In this document: positions 19,247-28,769 of the stretch, piece by piece | How positions within the stretch are numbered: position 1 is the first letter of the stretch | Layout of the letters: the number at the start of each line of letters is the position of its first letter | Assembly: GCA_965279525.1 (NCBI GenBank) | Contig: CBDIIB010000003.1 | Coordinates: forward strand, 128,001 to 192,000 | Direction: 5' to 3' | Length of the DNA stretch: 64,000 nt | DNA from: Tagaea sp. | GTDB lineage: Bacteria; Pseudomonadota; Alphaproteobacteria; CACIAM-22H2 | Notes under the pieces: model-generated | The model's database searches: none | Seen by the model: the letters and a program-made list of their open reading frames with translations, nothing else | What the model was told of the DNA's origin: nothing | Program-made: the position numbers and the translations under genes

Positions 19247-21205
19247 ATGACCAGTGCGACTTCATTCCGTCAATTGGTGTTCCGCTATATCGACGAAGGC
19301 CGGTCGGTGAAGTTGGATGGCCCCGCGCGTATACTGGTCGCGATAATTTCCGTCATGATGGCGGTGTATATTTTCCGATACGCCTTCTTCTCGATTTCCA
19401 GCCTGCATCTCCACGACGCAATTTTCCTGACCGGCATGCTTCCGATCGTCTTTCTGACGACATCGGCACATACCGGCCGGACCGACCGAAACTGGATCGA
19501 CTGGGTGTGGGCGATCGGTGCAATTCTTGCGAGTAGCTACTTCATCTTTAATTGGCGGTTCTACGAAACGATGATCGAGGGCGTCACGCGAATTTCCAAG
19601 CTGGAAGTCGCGATGAGCGTGGTCATGACGGTCTTCGTCATCGAAGCTTGCCGTCGAATTGTAGGCTGGGGCTTGACCGGAACATGCGTACTTCTGCTCG
19701 CATATGTGGCGTACGGCGAGCATCTTGGCGGCGCTCTGGGGCACACCCCGATAAGTCTGGAGTACTACGCGCGTCGGATAACCGTGTCGGACGATGCGCT
19801 GTTTGGGGTGACCGTCGAGGTCGCTGCGACATATGGGTTCCTGTTCGTCTTCTTTGGCAGCATCTACCATCGTGCGGGTGGAGGTCAGTTCTTCTTTGAC
19901 TTGGCCAGCGCCCTCGTGGGGCGGACGAAAGGTGGCGCAACAAAGGCATGCGTCGTTTCAAGCGGGATCTACGGATCAGTCTCGGGCAGTCCGACCGCTG
20001 ACGTCATGACAACCGGGCCGATCACGATTCCCATCATGCGTCGTAGCGGCGCGACGGCAACGCGTGCCGCGGCTACAGAAGCCGCAGCGTCCTGCGGCGG
20101 TGCCATCTTGCCCCCCGTGATGGGTTCGGTGGCATTCCTCATGGTCGAGTACACGGGGATCCCCTACCGCTCGATTGCATTGGCCGCAACTGGCATCGCT
20201 ATTCTTTATTATCTCGGTGTCCTGGCGATCACGCACCATGAGTCAAGCTATCTGCGCGAAGGACAGCTTCAGGAAGGCGACGTGACGCCACTTGCGAAAG
20301 TCCTGAGGCGCGACTTCCGTCTGATTTTCCCCGTCTTCGCGCTGCTGTACCTGATCGAAGCAGGATACTCGCCGACGATTGTCGCGGCCGGCGCCTCGGT
20401 TATCGGAATTTTGTCCAGCTATCTGACGCCCGATCGAAAGCTCTGGGTGACGCCTGGCGCGCTACTCGAATGCTGCATCGAGACTGCTGTTCGCATTAGC
20501 GGACTGACCGCTGCTTGTGCTGCTGCCGGCATGGCAATCGGGTATCTCGATATGAGCGGCTTGGTTGGAAAGTTTAGCTTTATCCTGTCAGTCGTTTCCG
20601 GCGGAAATTTCGCACTGGTAATCATCGCCGCTGCGGTGCTCTTGATCATTCTTGGCCTGGGGCTGCCAACGGCTGCCGTATACATCATGGGTGTGGCATT
20701 GGTGGCGCCGGTGCTGATTGCCGATTACAAGCTTTCGGTAATGACAGCACATATGTTCATGCTGGTTTTCGCATGCATGTCTGCGATTACTCCACCGATG
20801 GCCGTAGCTGCAATGGCTAGCGCCGCACTGGCTGGCGCAAATGCCGATCGTGTTGGATATTACGGCTGTCGACTTGCTTATGCCGGCTTCCTGCTGCCCT
20901 TTCTTTTCGTCGTACGACCTGAACTTCTTCTCGAAGGCGCGACCAGCGATATCGTAGCGACACTTGTCGCCGCATTCATAAGCGTCTTGGTCATCAGCTA
21001 TGCTGTTGCCGGTACTGTTCGGCAGTCACGGATTCACTGGACGGTTAGGGTTCTGCTTGCCGTTGCCGGGTTTATAATTCTTGTCCCCGGGACGTCTGCT
21101 CTGGTCGTGAGTATCGTATTGCCAACGGCGATGATGTTCGCATTGATCAGGTGGGCATCTCAAGCCGACGCACGTGCGATCCGAGACGGCGGCACGGTCC
21201 AATGA
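19247..21205 (+). CDS. TRAP transporter fused 4TM/12TM permease
   Basis: 652 aa polytopic; GSVSGSPTADV, GGAILPPVMG, GLGLPT, SAITPP. Confidence 0.92.
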   Translation: MTSATSFRQLVFRYIDEGRSVKLDGPARILVAIISVMMAVYIFRYAFFSISSLHLHDAIFLTGMLPIVFLTTSAHTGRTDRNWIDWVWAIGAILASSYFIFNWRFYETMIEGVTRISKLEVAMSVVMTVFVIEACRRIVGWGLTGTCVLLLAYVAYGEHLGGALGHTPISLEYYARRITVSDDALFGVTVEVAATYGFLFVFFGSIYHRAGGGQFFFDLASALVGRTKGGATKACVVSSGIYGSVSGSPTADVMTTGPITIPIMRRSGATATRAAATEAAASCGGAILPPVMGSVAFLMVEYTGIPYRSIALAATGIAILYYLGVLAITHHESSYLREGQLQEGDVTPLAKVLRRDFRLIFPVFALLYLIEAGYSPTIVAAGASVIGILSSYLTPDRKLWVTPGALLECCIETAVRISGLTAACAAAGMAIGYLDMSGLVGKFSFILSVVSGGNFALVIIAAAVLLIILGLGLPTAAVYIMGVALVAPVLIADYKLSVMTAHMFMLVFACMSAITPPMAVAAMASAALAGANADRVGYYGCRLAYAGFLLPFLFVVRPELLLEGATSDIVATLVAAFISVLVISYAVAGTVRQSRIHWTVRVLLAVAGFIILVPGTSALVVSIVLPTAMMFALIRWASQADARAIRDGGTVQ

Positions 21206-21314
21206 AGTGCCTCGCCGGATCGAATTACAGCATTTGGACGAAAATCCATCTGGGCGAGTAACAGCGGAATTGGTTCAGACCTCGATCTCAGAATGAACAA
21301 TCAGGAAGGTGAAT

Positions 21315-22565
21315 ATGTCGAGCGAAATTCAGATTGACGCGAATGCCGAGGCACCGAGTTCGCGCCGTTGGGTAGACCAGCGTTGGGTCCTGGACAACGT
21401 GATCAGCTCTGTCGGGATCGACTGGGACCAGCCGCGCTCGCTGTACTTCAATGGCGCATGCGGCATCGAATCAAATCCAGACTTCGCTGCGATCCGTCAG
21501 GGCGTCAAGAAATTTGCGGACATAGGTCCTGCATTTGAAGCAGCGGCGCGTCGCCGTCAGGCCAAGGCGATTGCCGCTGAAGACGCTGGAGAGCTTGTCA
21601 CCGCTCGCGACAACTACTTCATGGCGGCCATTCAGTGGGGGGCTGCGCAATGGCCGCACAATGCGGTCAACGCAACAAACGTGAACTGCAACAAGAACAA
21701 GCGCGAGTGCTATACGTCTTATGCCCGACTGGCAGCCCACAAGGTCGAAGAAGTCTGGATCCCGTTCGGCCAAAGCAAAATTCCGGCCTGGTTCCACCTT
21801 CCTCCCGGCTATACGGGCGGCCGGCTTCCGCTAGTGGTTTCGTTCCCCGGACTGGATACGTTCAAGGAAATCTTCGTGTCCTTGTCGAACGACAGATGGC
21901 TGTCGCGTGGCATGGCAGTGCTTGTGGTCGATGGACCCGGACAATCCGAGTCTCGAATACTGGGGCATAAATTTTCGCTGGCCGGATTCATCGAATTGGC
22001 TCCGAAGCTGCTCGACTGGGCGATCGCGAGACCGGAGATCGACAAGGACAAGATTGGAATCTTCGGCAACAGCCTTGGATCCCTTATTTGCACTGCCATT
22101 ACTGCCAACGAGCCACGCCTTAAGGCCTGTGCCGTATCGTCGATCTGCTTCGAGCCGGGGCAGAAGACAATGGTCGAGGCAGCTTCACCGACCTACAAGC
22201 GTCGTCTCATGTACATTTCCGGGTATACAGACGAGGCAAAGTTCGACGAATTCCGGCGCAGCCTAACCTGGGAAGGGTATGCCGAGAAAATCCGTGTGCC
22301 GTATATTGCCCTGGCAGGTGAGCACGAGGAGCTTTGCCCTCTGGAAAATGCGGACAGGATGCTGGCAAGCATGAACTGCCCTCGGCAGTTCGTGGTCTAC
22401 CAGGAGTCCCGTCATGCGGTGGGCTATGTTCCGTCCGCAAACCTCGGACCGTATCCGACCACGCTCGTCGCCGACTGGATGGCGGCTAGACTTGCCGGTA
22501 AGCCGATCACGAGCGAGCGCTGGTATGTGCACAAGGACGGAAAAGTCTCGAAAACCCCTATCTAG
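21315..22565 (+). CDS. Alpha/beta hydrolase, 2,6-dihydroxy-pseudo-oxynicotine hydrolase/FrsA-like
   Basis: PGLDTFKE, DGPGQSE, nucleophile elbow GNSLG, helical N-terminal domain. Confidence 0.8.
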   Translation: MSSEIQIDANAEAPSSRRWVDQRWVLDNVISSVGIDWDQPRSLYFNGACGIESNPDFAAIRQGVKKFADIGPAFEAAARRRQAKAIAAEDAGELVTARDNYFMAAIQWGAAQWPHNAVNATNVNCNKNKRECYTSYARLAAHKVEEVWIPFGQSKIPAWFHLPPGYTGGRLPLVVSFPGLDTFKEIFVSLSNDRWLSRGMAVLVVDGPGQSESRILGHKFSLAGFIELAPKLLDWAIARPEIDKDKIGIFGNSLGSLICTAITANEPRLKACAVSSICFEPGQKTMVEAASPTYKRRLMYISGYTDEAKFDEFRRSLTWEGYAEKIRVPYIALAGEHEELCPLENADRMLASMNCPRQFVVYQESRHAVGYVPSANLGPYPTTLVADWMAARLAGKPITSERWYVHKDGKVSKTPI

Positions 22566-22576
22566 CCAGGTCGCCG

Positions 22577-23563
22577 ATGCCGAAGAAAATCCATGTCTCT
22601 TTGAGTTGCGGCGACTATGAGATCACGCGGCCACTCATCGATGGGCTGGTCAGTCCCGAAGGCGTGGATGTCACCGTGCTCTCGGCGTCGACTTCTCGGG
22701 ACCGGCAATGGCGGCTCGGGCGGAATGCCGAGTGCGACGTCGGGGAGCTGAACGCTTGCGCATATTTCATGGCGCGCGAGAGAGGGCACCCCTATATCGC
22801 GCTGCCCGTCTTTCCGCATCGTCGCTTCCGGCATGGGTTCATCTTCGTGAATCCGGACAAGGGCATAACGAAGCCGTCGGAGCTTGCTGGACGAAAAGTC
22901 GGGGTGGAAAGCGGCTTTCAGCCGGCCGCGGCGGTCTGGGTCCGGGGGATACTCGGCGACGAGTACGGCGTTCCACACCAGGAGATCACGTGGGTCACTG
23001 ATCGTGACGAGGATATTCCGTTCACGCCGCAGGCAGGACTTCGTATGGAGCGCGCCGAGCCTGGGTCTTTGGACAGGATGCTCGTAGCTGGCGAGATCGA
23101 TGCACTCATTGCGCCTGGCTACCCGCAATCGTTTCTCGCAGGAAACAAGAATATTCGCCGCCTGATTCCCGACTTCAAGTCAGCGGAAGTGGACTACTAC
23201 AAGCGCCGTGAGATTTTCCCGATCATGCATCTCGTCCTGATCCGGGAAGAACTGGTCAAGAAGTATCCTTGGATCGCGCCGAACATCGCATTTGCGTTCA
23301 ACGAGGCAAAGCGCATCGGCTACGAGCGCTTCCGGAATCCGCGGGTAGCGCCCCTGGCTTGGGGAACCAGTGCGTGGGAAGAGCAAGTCGCCCTGATGGG
23401 CCCGGATCCCTGGGAGTACGGTTTGACGCCACGCAATCGGGAGAACTTGAAGACACTCATCCGATATTGCTGGGAGCAGGGCCTAATCCGAGAGCAGCCG
23501 TCAGTGGATGACGTCATTCTGAATGTCAGCAGCGAAGTCCTACGGGGAACCTCTGGCTTCTAG
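22577..23563 (+). CDS. 4,5-dihydroxyphthalate decarboxylase (PhtD)-like protein, copy 1
   Basis: CGDYEITRPLIDG, LPVFPHRRFRHG, IFPIMH, DPWEYG; no signal peptide. Confidence 0.82.
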   Translation: MPKKIHVSLSCGDYEITRPLIDGLVSPEGVDVTVLSASTSRDRQWRLGRNAECDVGELNACAYFMARERGHPYIALPVFPHRRFRHGFIFVNPDKGITKPSELAGRKVGVESGFQPAAAVWVRGILGDEYGVPHQEITWVTDRDEDIPFTPQAGLRMERAEPGSLDRMLVAGEIDALIAPGYPQSFLAGNKNIRRLIPDFKSAEVDYYKRREIFPIMHLVLIREELVKKYPWIAPNIAFAFNEAKRIGYERFRNPRVAPLAWGTSAWEEQVALMGPDPWEYGLTPRNRENLKTLIRYCWEQGLIREQPSVDDVILNVSSEVLRGTSGF

Positions 23564-23571
23564 GACGACCG

Positions 23572-25929
23572 TCAGTTTACTACAGACTGCGGTTCGGCTT
23601 CAGTCCACGACGGCACCCCGTGGATCGCCGCGAGAACGACGCTGGGTGTAACCGGGCTGCCGGAAAGTTGGACGCCGAACGGTGTCAACGCGTCCTCGAT
23701 CGCCGAGACGATGGAGGCGCTCATCGGTATCACACCCGCTTCGCCAACGCCTTTTATGCCGAGAGGGTTGAGCGGCGTCGGACTGCTGAGGTGCACGATA
23801 CCAATCGGCGGAATTTCGGTTGCTGTCGGCAGCAAATAGTCCGCGAAATTCGTTGTGAGCGGCTGGCCGTCTGCGCCGTACCTCATCCACTCGAACAGGG
23901 TGTTTCCGATGCCGTGCACGATTCCACCAACGATCTGACCATCCACAATGCGCGGATTGATCATTCTGCCGCAGTCATGTGCAAACGTGACATGCCGAAC
24001 TACCACTCCACCCGTTCCGGTATCGACCTCAACCTCGACGACAGCGCAGCCATTGGCGTAGGTCATCGGATCGATCTGAACATGCTCGGTGACAGATAGC
24101 GACGGGCCGTGATCGTCAAGCATTCGATATCCTGGAAGGCCGCTGACTTGCCGGGCCAGATCGGCAAACGTGATGCGGCGATCTGTGCCGGCGATGAAAA
24201 TGGCGTTGCCCTCAACTGTTAAGTCGCTGCGAGGCGCTTCCAAGAGCTTTGTCGCGAGATTCAGAATCCTGTCCCGCAATTTGCCGGCAGCGACATTTGC
24301 AGAAGAGCCGGCCATCACAGCTTGTCGGCTGTTGAACCCGCCAATCCCTTGGGAAATTGCGCCGGTGTCTCCGGCCACGACAGAAATGTTGCTCATATCG
24401 CCGCCCAGTTCATCAGCCACGATCTGGGCTAGCATCGTCTTGGTGCTTTGGCCCATAGCGGCGGCACCGGTTGCGACCAGGACCTTTCCACTACGATCGA
24501 TCTTTACGGATACGGATTCGTAAGGGCCGCGGCCGGTCGCCTCGACATAGTTTGCGATTCCGATACCGATATAGCGACCCTCGCCAAGTGCCTTCTTCTG
24601 GCGCGCTCGAAACCCAGCCCAGTCTGCCTTCTCAATCGCCGTCGACATTGTGGCTGGATAATCGCCGGTATCCAATGAAACGGGTACGCCGCCACGTGTC
24701 GCGAACGGTCGGCCGAATGGCATCTGACTTGGCCGAACGAGGTTGCGGCGCCGGACTTCGGCTCGGTCGAGATCGAGCTCTCGCGCCACTCGATCAAGCA
24801 GGCGCTCCATCACGAAAACGCCTTGAGGCTGACCTGCACCGCGCACCGGAGTGACTGGCACCAGGTTTGTAAGTGCAGCCAGTCCCTCGATCGAGTACGC
24901 AGGAATATCGTAGGCCAACGGAAGGGCCGACATAGCACCCTGGATCACGGTCAGCCCACGTGCCGTATAGGCACCGTGATCATGTATGGCTTTGCCGCGC
25001 ACGCCCAATATCCGCGCATTTCGATCGACTGCAATTTCTACGTCCCAGTACTGATCGCGTTCCTGAGTCGTCGCCACGAAGTGCTCGTGGCGGTCTTCGA
25101 TCCATTTGACGGGTTCTCCAAGAAGTAGCGCGACGAGTGGGATGATCAGATCTTCGGGATAGAAGATCAGCTTTGGCCCGAAGCCGCCGCCGACGTCGGG
25201 CGTGATCACACGCACGCGATCATCGGAACGTCCGAGCAGATCGCAAATATGACGAAGCGCCGTGTGTGGTGTTTGGGTTGACGACCACAGCGTCAGGACA
25301 TCGTCATGCGGGTTATGCACCGCAGCGACTCCCCGGCATTCGATGGGATGCGCCCCGCCACGATGCTGCCATAGGGCTTCCCTGAAAACGTGGGCAGCGT
25401 TCGAAAACGCCCGGTCAATATCGCCGTAGCCGAGCGTGAACTTCGCTGCAAGATTATGCGGGTGGCCTCGGTGCACCCTCGGTGCGCCTTCGGTCAGGGC
25501 CGAGCGGCAGTCGGCGACAGCCGATAGCGGCTCGTACTCGATCTCGACGAGAGTGGCAGCGTCTTCGGCAACACCGCGACTTTCAGCGACAACGACGGCG
25601 ATCGCTTCGCCGACGTATGTCACTTCACGGTCGGCCAGAATTGGCCGGTGTACATCAAGCTGGTAGGCCGGGCTTGGAAGTGCGACGACCAGTCGATCGT
25701 CCGTCAGGTGGGGGCGCAAATCATCCATAGTCAGGACGGCTCGGACGCCTGGATAGGTCCGCGCCGCTTTAACGTCGATCCGGCCTATCGCCGCATGCGC
25801 ATGCGGGCTTCTTACAAAGGCGATTTCCAGCATTCCGGGGAGCTTTATGTCGTCCACGAAACGACCCGCTCCGCGCAACAATGGGGGGTCTTCGACGCGA
25901 GGTACAGACTGGCCTACGAGCTTATCCAT
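23572..25929 (-). CDS. Xanthine dehydrogenase family molybdopterin-binding large subunit (L2)
   Basis: VGQSVPRVEDPPLLRG, DVGGGFGPK, loop VRGAGQPQ, IKGVGEAG. Confidence 0.94.
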   Translation of the reverse strand: MDKLVGQSVPRVEDPPLLRGAGRFVDDIKLPGMLEIAFVRSPHAHAAIGRIDVKAARTYPGVRAVLTMDDLRPHLTDDRLVVALPSPAYQLDVHRPILADREVTYVGEAIAVVVAESRGVAEDAATLVEIEYEPLSAVADCRSALTEGAPRVHRGHPHNLAAKFTLGYGDIDRAFSNAAHVFREALWQHRGGAHPIECRGVAAVHNPHDDVLTLWSSTQTPHTALRHICDLLGRSDDRVRVITPDVGGGFGPKLIFYPEDLIIPLVALLLGEPVKWIEDRHEHFVATTQERDQYWDVEIAVDRNARILGVRGKAIHDHGAYTARGLTVIQGAMSALPLAYDIPAYSIEGLAALTNLVPVTPVRGAGQPQGVFVMERLLDRVARELDLDRAEVRRRNLVRPSQMPFGRPFATRGGVPVSLDTGDYPATMSTAIEKADWAGFRARQKKALGEGRYIGIGIANYVEATGRGPYESVSVKIDRSGKVLVATGAAAMGQSTKTMLAQIVADELGGDMSNISVVAGDTGAISQGIGGFNSRQAVMAGSSANVAAGKLRDRILNLATKLLEAPRSDLTVEGNAIFIAGTDRRITFADLARQVSGLPGYRMLDDHGPSLSVTEHVQIDPMTYANGCAVVEVEVDTGTGGVVVRHVTFAHDCGRMINPRIVDGQIVGGIVHGIGNTLFEWMRYGADGQPLTTNFADYLLPTATEIPPIGIVHLSSPTPLNPLGIKGVGEAGVIPMSASIVSAIEDALTPFGVQLSGSPVTPSVVLAAIHGVPSWTEAEPQSVVN

Positions 25930-25988
25930 TCGTCGCTGTCCTTGGGGCGATCCACACTCTTTCGAGTATTTGCGGCGCGCCCTGGTCG

Positions 25989-26978
25989 CTATAGCTTGGG
26001 CATCGAGAAAGTTGACGGATGAAACAGATCCTCTGCCGTCAGGCGGCTGGTCGTAAGCCCCTGCTCTTGGAGATAGCGGGCCAGAGCATCGATTTCCTTT
26101 TGATTCTCGGTGACACCGTACCGCCAGTAATCCTGTCCCAAGATCTCGCGGGTCCGCTCAAGCTCGTCCACCGGCCACGGCAAAGTCGTATAGAGGTGGC
26201 CGAGAGTCTCAAGCCTCGTGTAGCAAAGCTCTTTGGCTTTGGCGAAGGCGCGAAACACGTTGAAGGGAAGCCATGGATGCTCTTCGACAAGTCGCTTGCG
26301 TATCCCGATGAGGTGCATGATCGGGAAAATGGCGGTCTTCATAAAGTAATTTGTCTCGACGATCCTATAGTCCGAAAACAGCCGTCCGACCGCAGGGTTG
26401 GTCTTCAGGCAAGAGGGCGGCATGGCTGATACAAGAGCGTCGATGTCGCCCCGATCGAGCTGAGCCGTCAAGGTGTCGTCGCCGGGAATAGGCGCTACTT
26501 CAACTTGATCGGGCAGATTCAGAGAGACACTGGGTGTACGTCCCGCCTGCTCAAGGCCCCCAGTACGCCAGCGCAAATCGCTTGGGCGGACACGGTATTC
26601 GTCCTGGAGAATGCCGCGCACCCAGACAGCGGCCGTGATCTGGTATTCCGGCACCCCGACAATTCGACCTTTGAGATCTTCGGGACGCTCTATTCCCCGA
26701 TCGCGCCGAACGTATATCGAGGAATGGCGGAAAAGTCTGGAGAGGAAAACCGGGACTGCTACATAGCCATTCTGGCCACGATCGACCTGTGTCATGTGGC
26801 TGGCCATGGAAAGCTCGGTGATATCGAACGACTGATGTCGCAGCGCTCGCGGAAACGCCTCTTCCGGAGGCATTGCAAGTGGAATGATGGTACAGCCATC
26901 GATAGGCGCGCGGCCGTCAAACACGGCGCGTGTTCGGTCATAGTCGCCGCAGGCGAGACTGAGGGTCAGGGTGTGCAT
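25989..26978 (-). CDS. 4,5-dihydroxyphthalate decarboxylase (PhtD)-like protein, copy 2
   Basis: ACGDYDRTR, PVFLSRLFRHS, GVPEYQITA, IFPIMH, DYWRYG. Confidence 0.85.
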   Translation of the reverse strand: MHTLTLSLACGDYDRTRAVFDGRAPIDGCTIIPLAMPPEEAFPRALRHQSFDITELSMASHMTQVDRGQNGYVAVPVFLSRLFRHSSIYVRRDRGIERPEDLKGRIVGVPEYQITAAVWVRGILQDEYRVRPSDLRWRTGGLEQAGRTPSVSLNLPDQVEVAPIPGDDTLTAQLDRGDIDALVSAMPPSCLKTNPAVGRLFSDYRIVETNYFMKTAIFPIMHLIGIRKRLVEEHPWLPFNVFRAFAKAKELCYTRLETLGHLYTTLPWPVDELERTREILGQDYWRYGVTENQKEIDALARYLQEQGLTTSRLTAEDLFHPSTFSMPKL

Positions 26979-27040
26979 CGTGCCTATGTCCGAAGCCTGA
27001 TTTGAGCATCAGGATGATCGCCTAGTATTGAAATATAAAG

Positions 27041-27057
27041 TGTTCCAAAATTGGACA
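27041..27057. promoter_or_regulatory. Candidate GntR operator, module A
   Basis: TGTTCCAAAATTGGACA near-palindrome in a divergent gap; extra half-site TTGGTACA ending at 27077. Confidence 0.5.
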
Positions 27058-27142
27058 CTAGAGTAATTTTTGGTACAATCAGTCGAAATCGCCGCCAGTT
27101 GGCGGAGTCCATCCATCAGGAAAATCGACGAAGGGACGACAA

Positions 27143-28123
27143 ATGACCGCAAAAGGCACGATCGCAATCGTTGGCGCCGGGCTGATGGGGACGGCAATCG
27201 CAGCATTGTGTGCCGCCCGAGGCTATAGCGTTGGCCTTTATGATCAGAGCCAGAAGAGCCGTGACGGGTTTGCGGACCGTGCGCGACCCATCCTCGGTCA
27301 TCTCGCGGAATCAAGGAGTGCTCAGGACGAAATCCTTGGCCGAATCAAGTTGCACGATTCACTCGAGAATTGCGTCAGGGGAGCGACGCTTGTCCATGAG
27401 ATCATACATGAAGATCTTGAGGCGAAGCGTGCACTCTTCCATCAGCTTGATGCGATTTGCGCCGAAGATGTAATGCTCGCAACCAACACCTCATCGTTTC
27501 TGCTGAGTGAGATTTGCGCGACTGTTCCCGGACGACGGAGAGTGATCGGCATTCACTATGTGGCGCCGGCGCATTTGATCCAGGCTGTGGAAATCATTAC
27601 GGCTGACTTTACGGCGCCAGAGTTGGTCGAGCGCGCGCTAAAGTTCCTTGAATCCATTGATCACGTTGGAATCGTTTGCAGGGAGTGTCCGGGATTCATA
27701 ATCAATAGAATCCAGTATGCCTTGAAAGCAGAAGTGCAGAAAATCTTGGAAGAGGGTGTGTCTTCGGCACAGGACATCGATACAGCTGTGCGGCTGAGCA
27801 TTGGGCCAAGACTAGCACTTTGGGGCCCTATGATGCAGGAGGATCTGTCGACCAGCAAAAAGACCGTGCTGGCTGTGATGGAATACATACACAATGCGAC
27901 CGGCAGTTCCCACTTCGCACCGTCGCCAGTCCTGAAGCAATTGGCTGAGAGCGGTCAGATAGGTGCATCGGCAGGAGCAGGTTGGTATCGCTGGGATGGA
28001 AGTAATGAGCAGCGTGTACGAGAGCGCGATCGGCAACTTAGCGCACTGCTTGATTGGCTGAAAAAGAATGATCGAGTGAATGCTCTCGGTGCAATCGGCG
28101 AGAACAAGTTGGTCAAGTCGTAG
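27143..28123 (+). CDS. 3-hydroxyacyl-CoA dehydrogenase family protein
   Basis: GAGLMG, EDLEAK, ATNTSS, catalytic His/Glu in IHYVAP...VEI, PGFIINR. Confidence 0.9.
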   Translation: MTAKGTIAIVGAGLMGTAIAALCAARGYSVGLYDQSQKSRDGFADRARPILGHLAESRSAQDEILGRIKLHDSLENCVRGATLVHEIIHEDLEAKRALFHQLDAICAEDVMLATNTSSFLLSEICATVPGRRRVIGIHYVAPAHLIQAVEIITADFTAPELVERALKFLESIDHVGIVCRECPGFIINRIQYALKAEVQKILEEGVSSAQDIDTAVRLSIGPRLALWGPMMQEDLSTSKKTVLAVMEYIHNATGSSHFAPSPVLKQLAESGQIGASAGAGWYRWDGSNEQRVRERDRQLSALLDWLKKNDRVNALGAIGENKLVKS

Positions 28124-28404
28124 CGCTAGGCGGGCGTGCAACGCCGAATAAAGAAAATTGAACGGCTGGCCAAAAGTTCGCCAAGGAAAGTAACTTAGAA
28201 TGCAGGGTCTAGTCGTGGCAGCGGTGCTTTATGTAATGTTTTTGTTTGTACTGTTCTATTATTTTGCGACGACAAATTCTGCCTTCTCACCTGGTTCGTA
28301 TTGAGTGTTTCCAGCCGGCACAACTTCACTGTTCGTTGAGTGGAATTATCCGTGCTAAGCGATCTTCCAATGGGTAACCCGAATGGAACTGCCGTTGAGA
28401 TTTT

Positions 28405-28569
28405 ATGATCAAACTTGTGCACACTGCAAAGTTCAAGCACGGCAGATCTGATGTGATACGCGTCGTGCAGGATCTGATGGCCACAGTTGGGCTGTGTGCA
28501 ATTCTCTGGCTTGTGCTGATCTATTTCAGTGCGATGCCAGATTCGATCCTCCCAATCGGTTCACTTTGA
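28405..28569 (+). CDS. Putative 54-aa single-pass membrane protein
   Basis: Manual translation MIKLVHTAKFKHGRSDVIRVVQDLMATVGLCAILWLVLIYFSAMPDSILPIGSL; below ORF-track cutoff. Confidence 0.4.
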   Translation: MIKLVHTAKFKHGRSDVIRVVQDLMATVGLCAILWLVLIYFSAMPDSILPIGSL

Positions 28570-28670
28570 TTGATTTCGCTAGCAGCTTGTTCCCTGTTGG
28601 CGTTCATCACGCCGCATTACACTTTCGGGTGTGAAGGCCCAGTCAGTCGCTTCAATGGACCCGTCAATTG

Positions 28671-28712
28671 ATAAGTTGGACTAATCTGTCCTAGTAGATC
28701 AAGGTCCCTAAT
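28671..28712 (+). promoter_or_regulatory. Candidate LysR-controlled promoter of the exported cassette
   Basis: ATAAG-N5-CTAAT (T-N11-A) plus GAT-N8-CTAAT at the same offsets as the site beside the LysR start (33995). Confidence 0.55.
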
Positions 28713-28769
28713 AAAAAATCGGAAGAGATACTAGGTTCGTCGCGAGCTGATACAGCAAGCGAGGGACTC

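Noticed and set aside
11008-25929. Aerobic CO dehydrogenase (coxL)
   Set aside because: Neither large subunit has the form I AYxCSFR motif, and coxDEF are absent.
22577-26978. Calling the two PhtD-like proteins ABC substrate-binding proteins
   Set aside because: No signal peptides or adjacent permeases; motifs fit the decarboxylase group.
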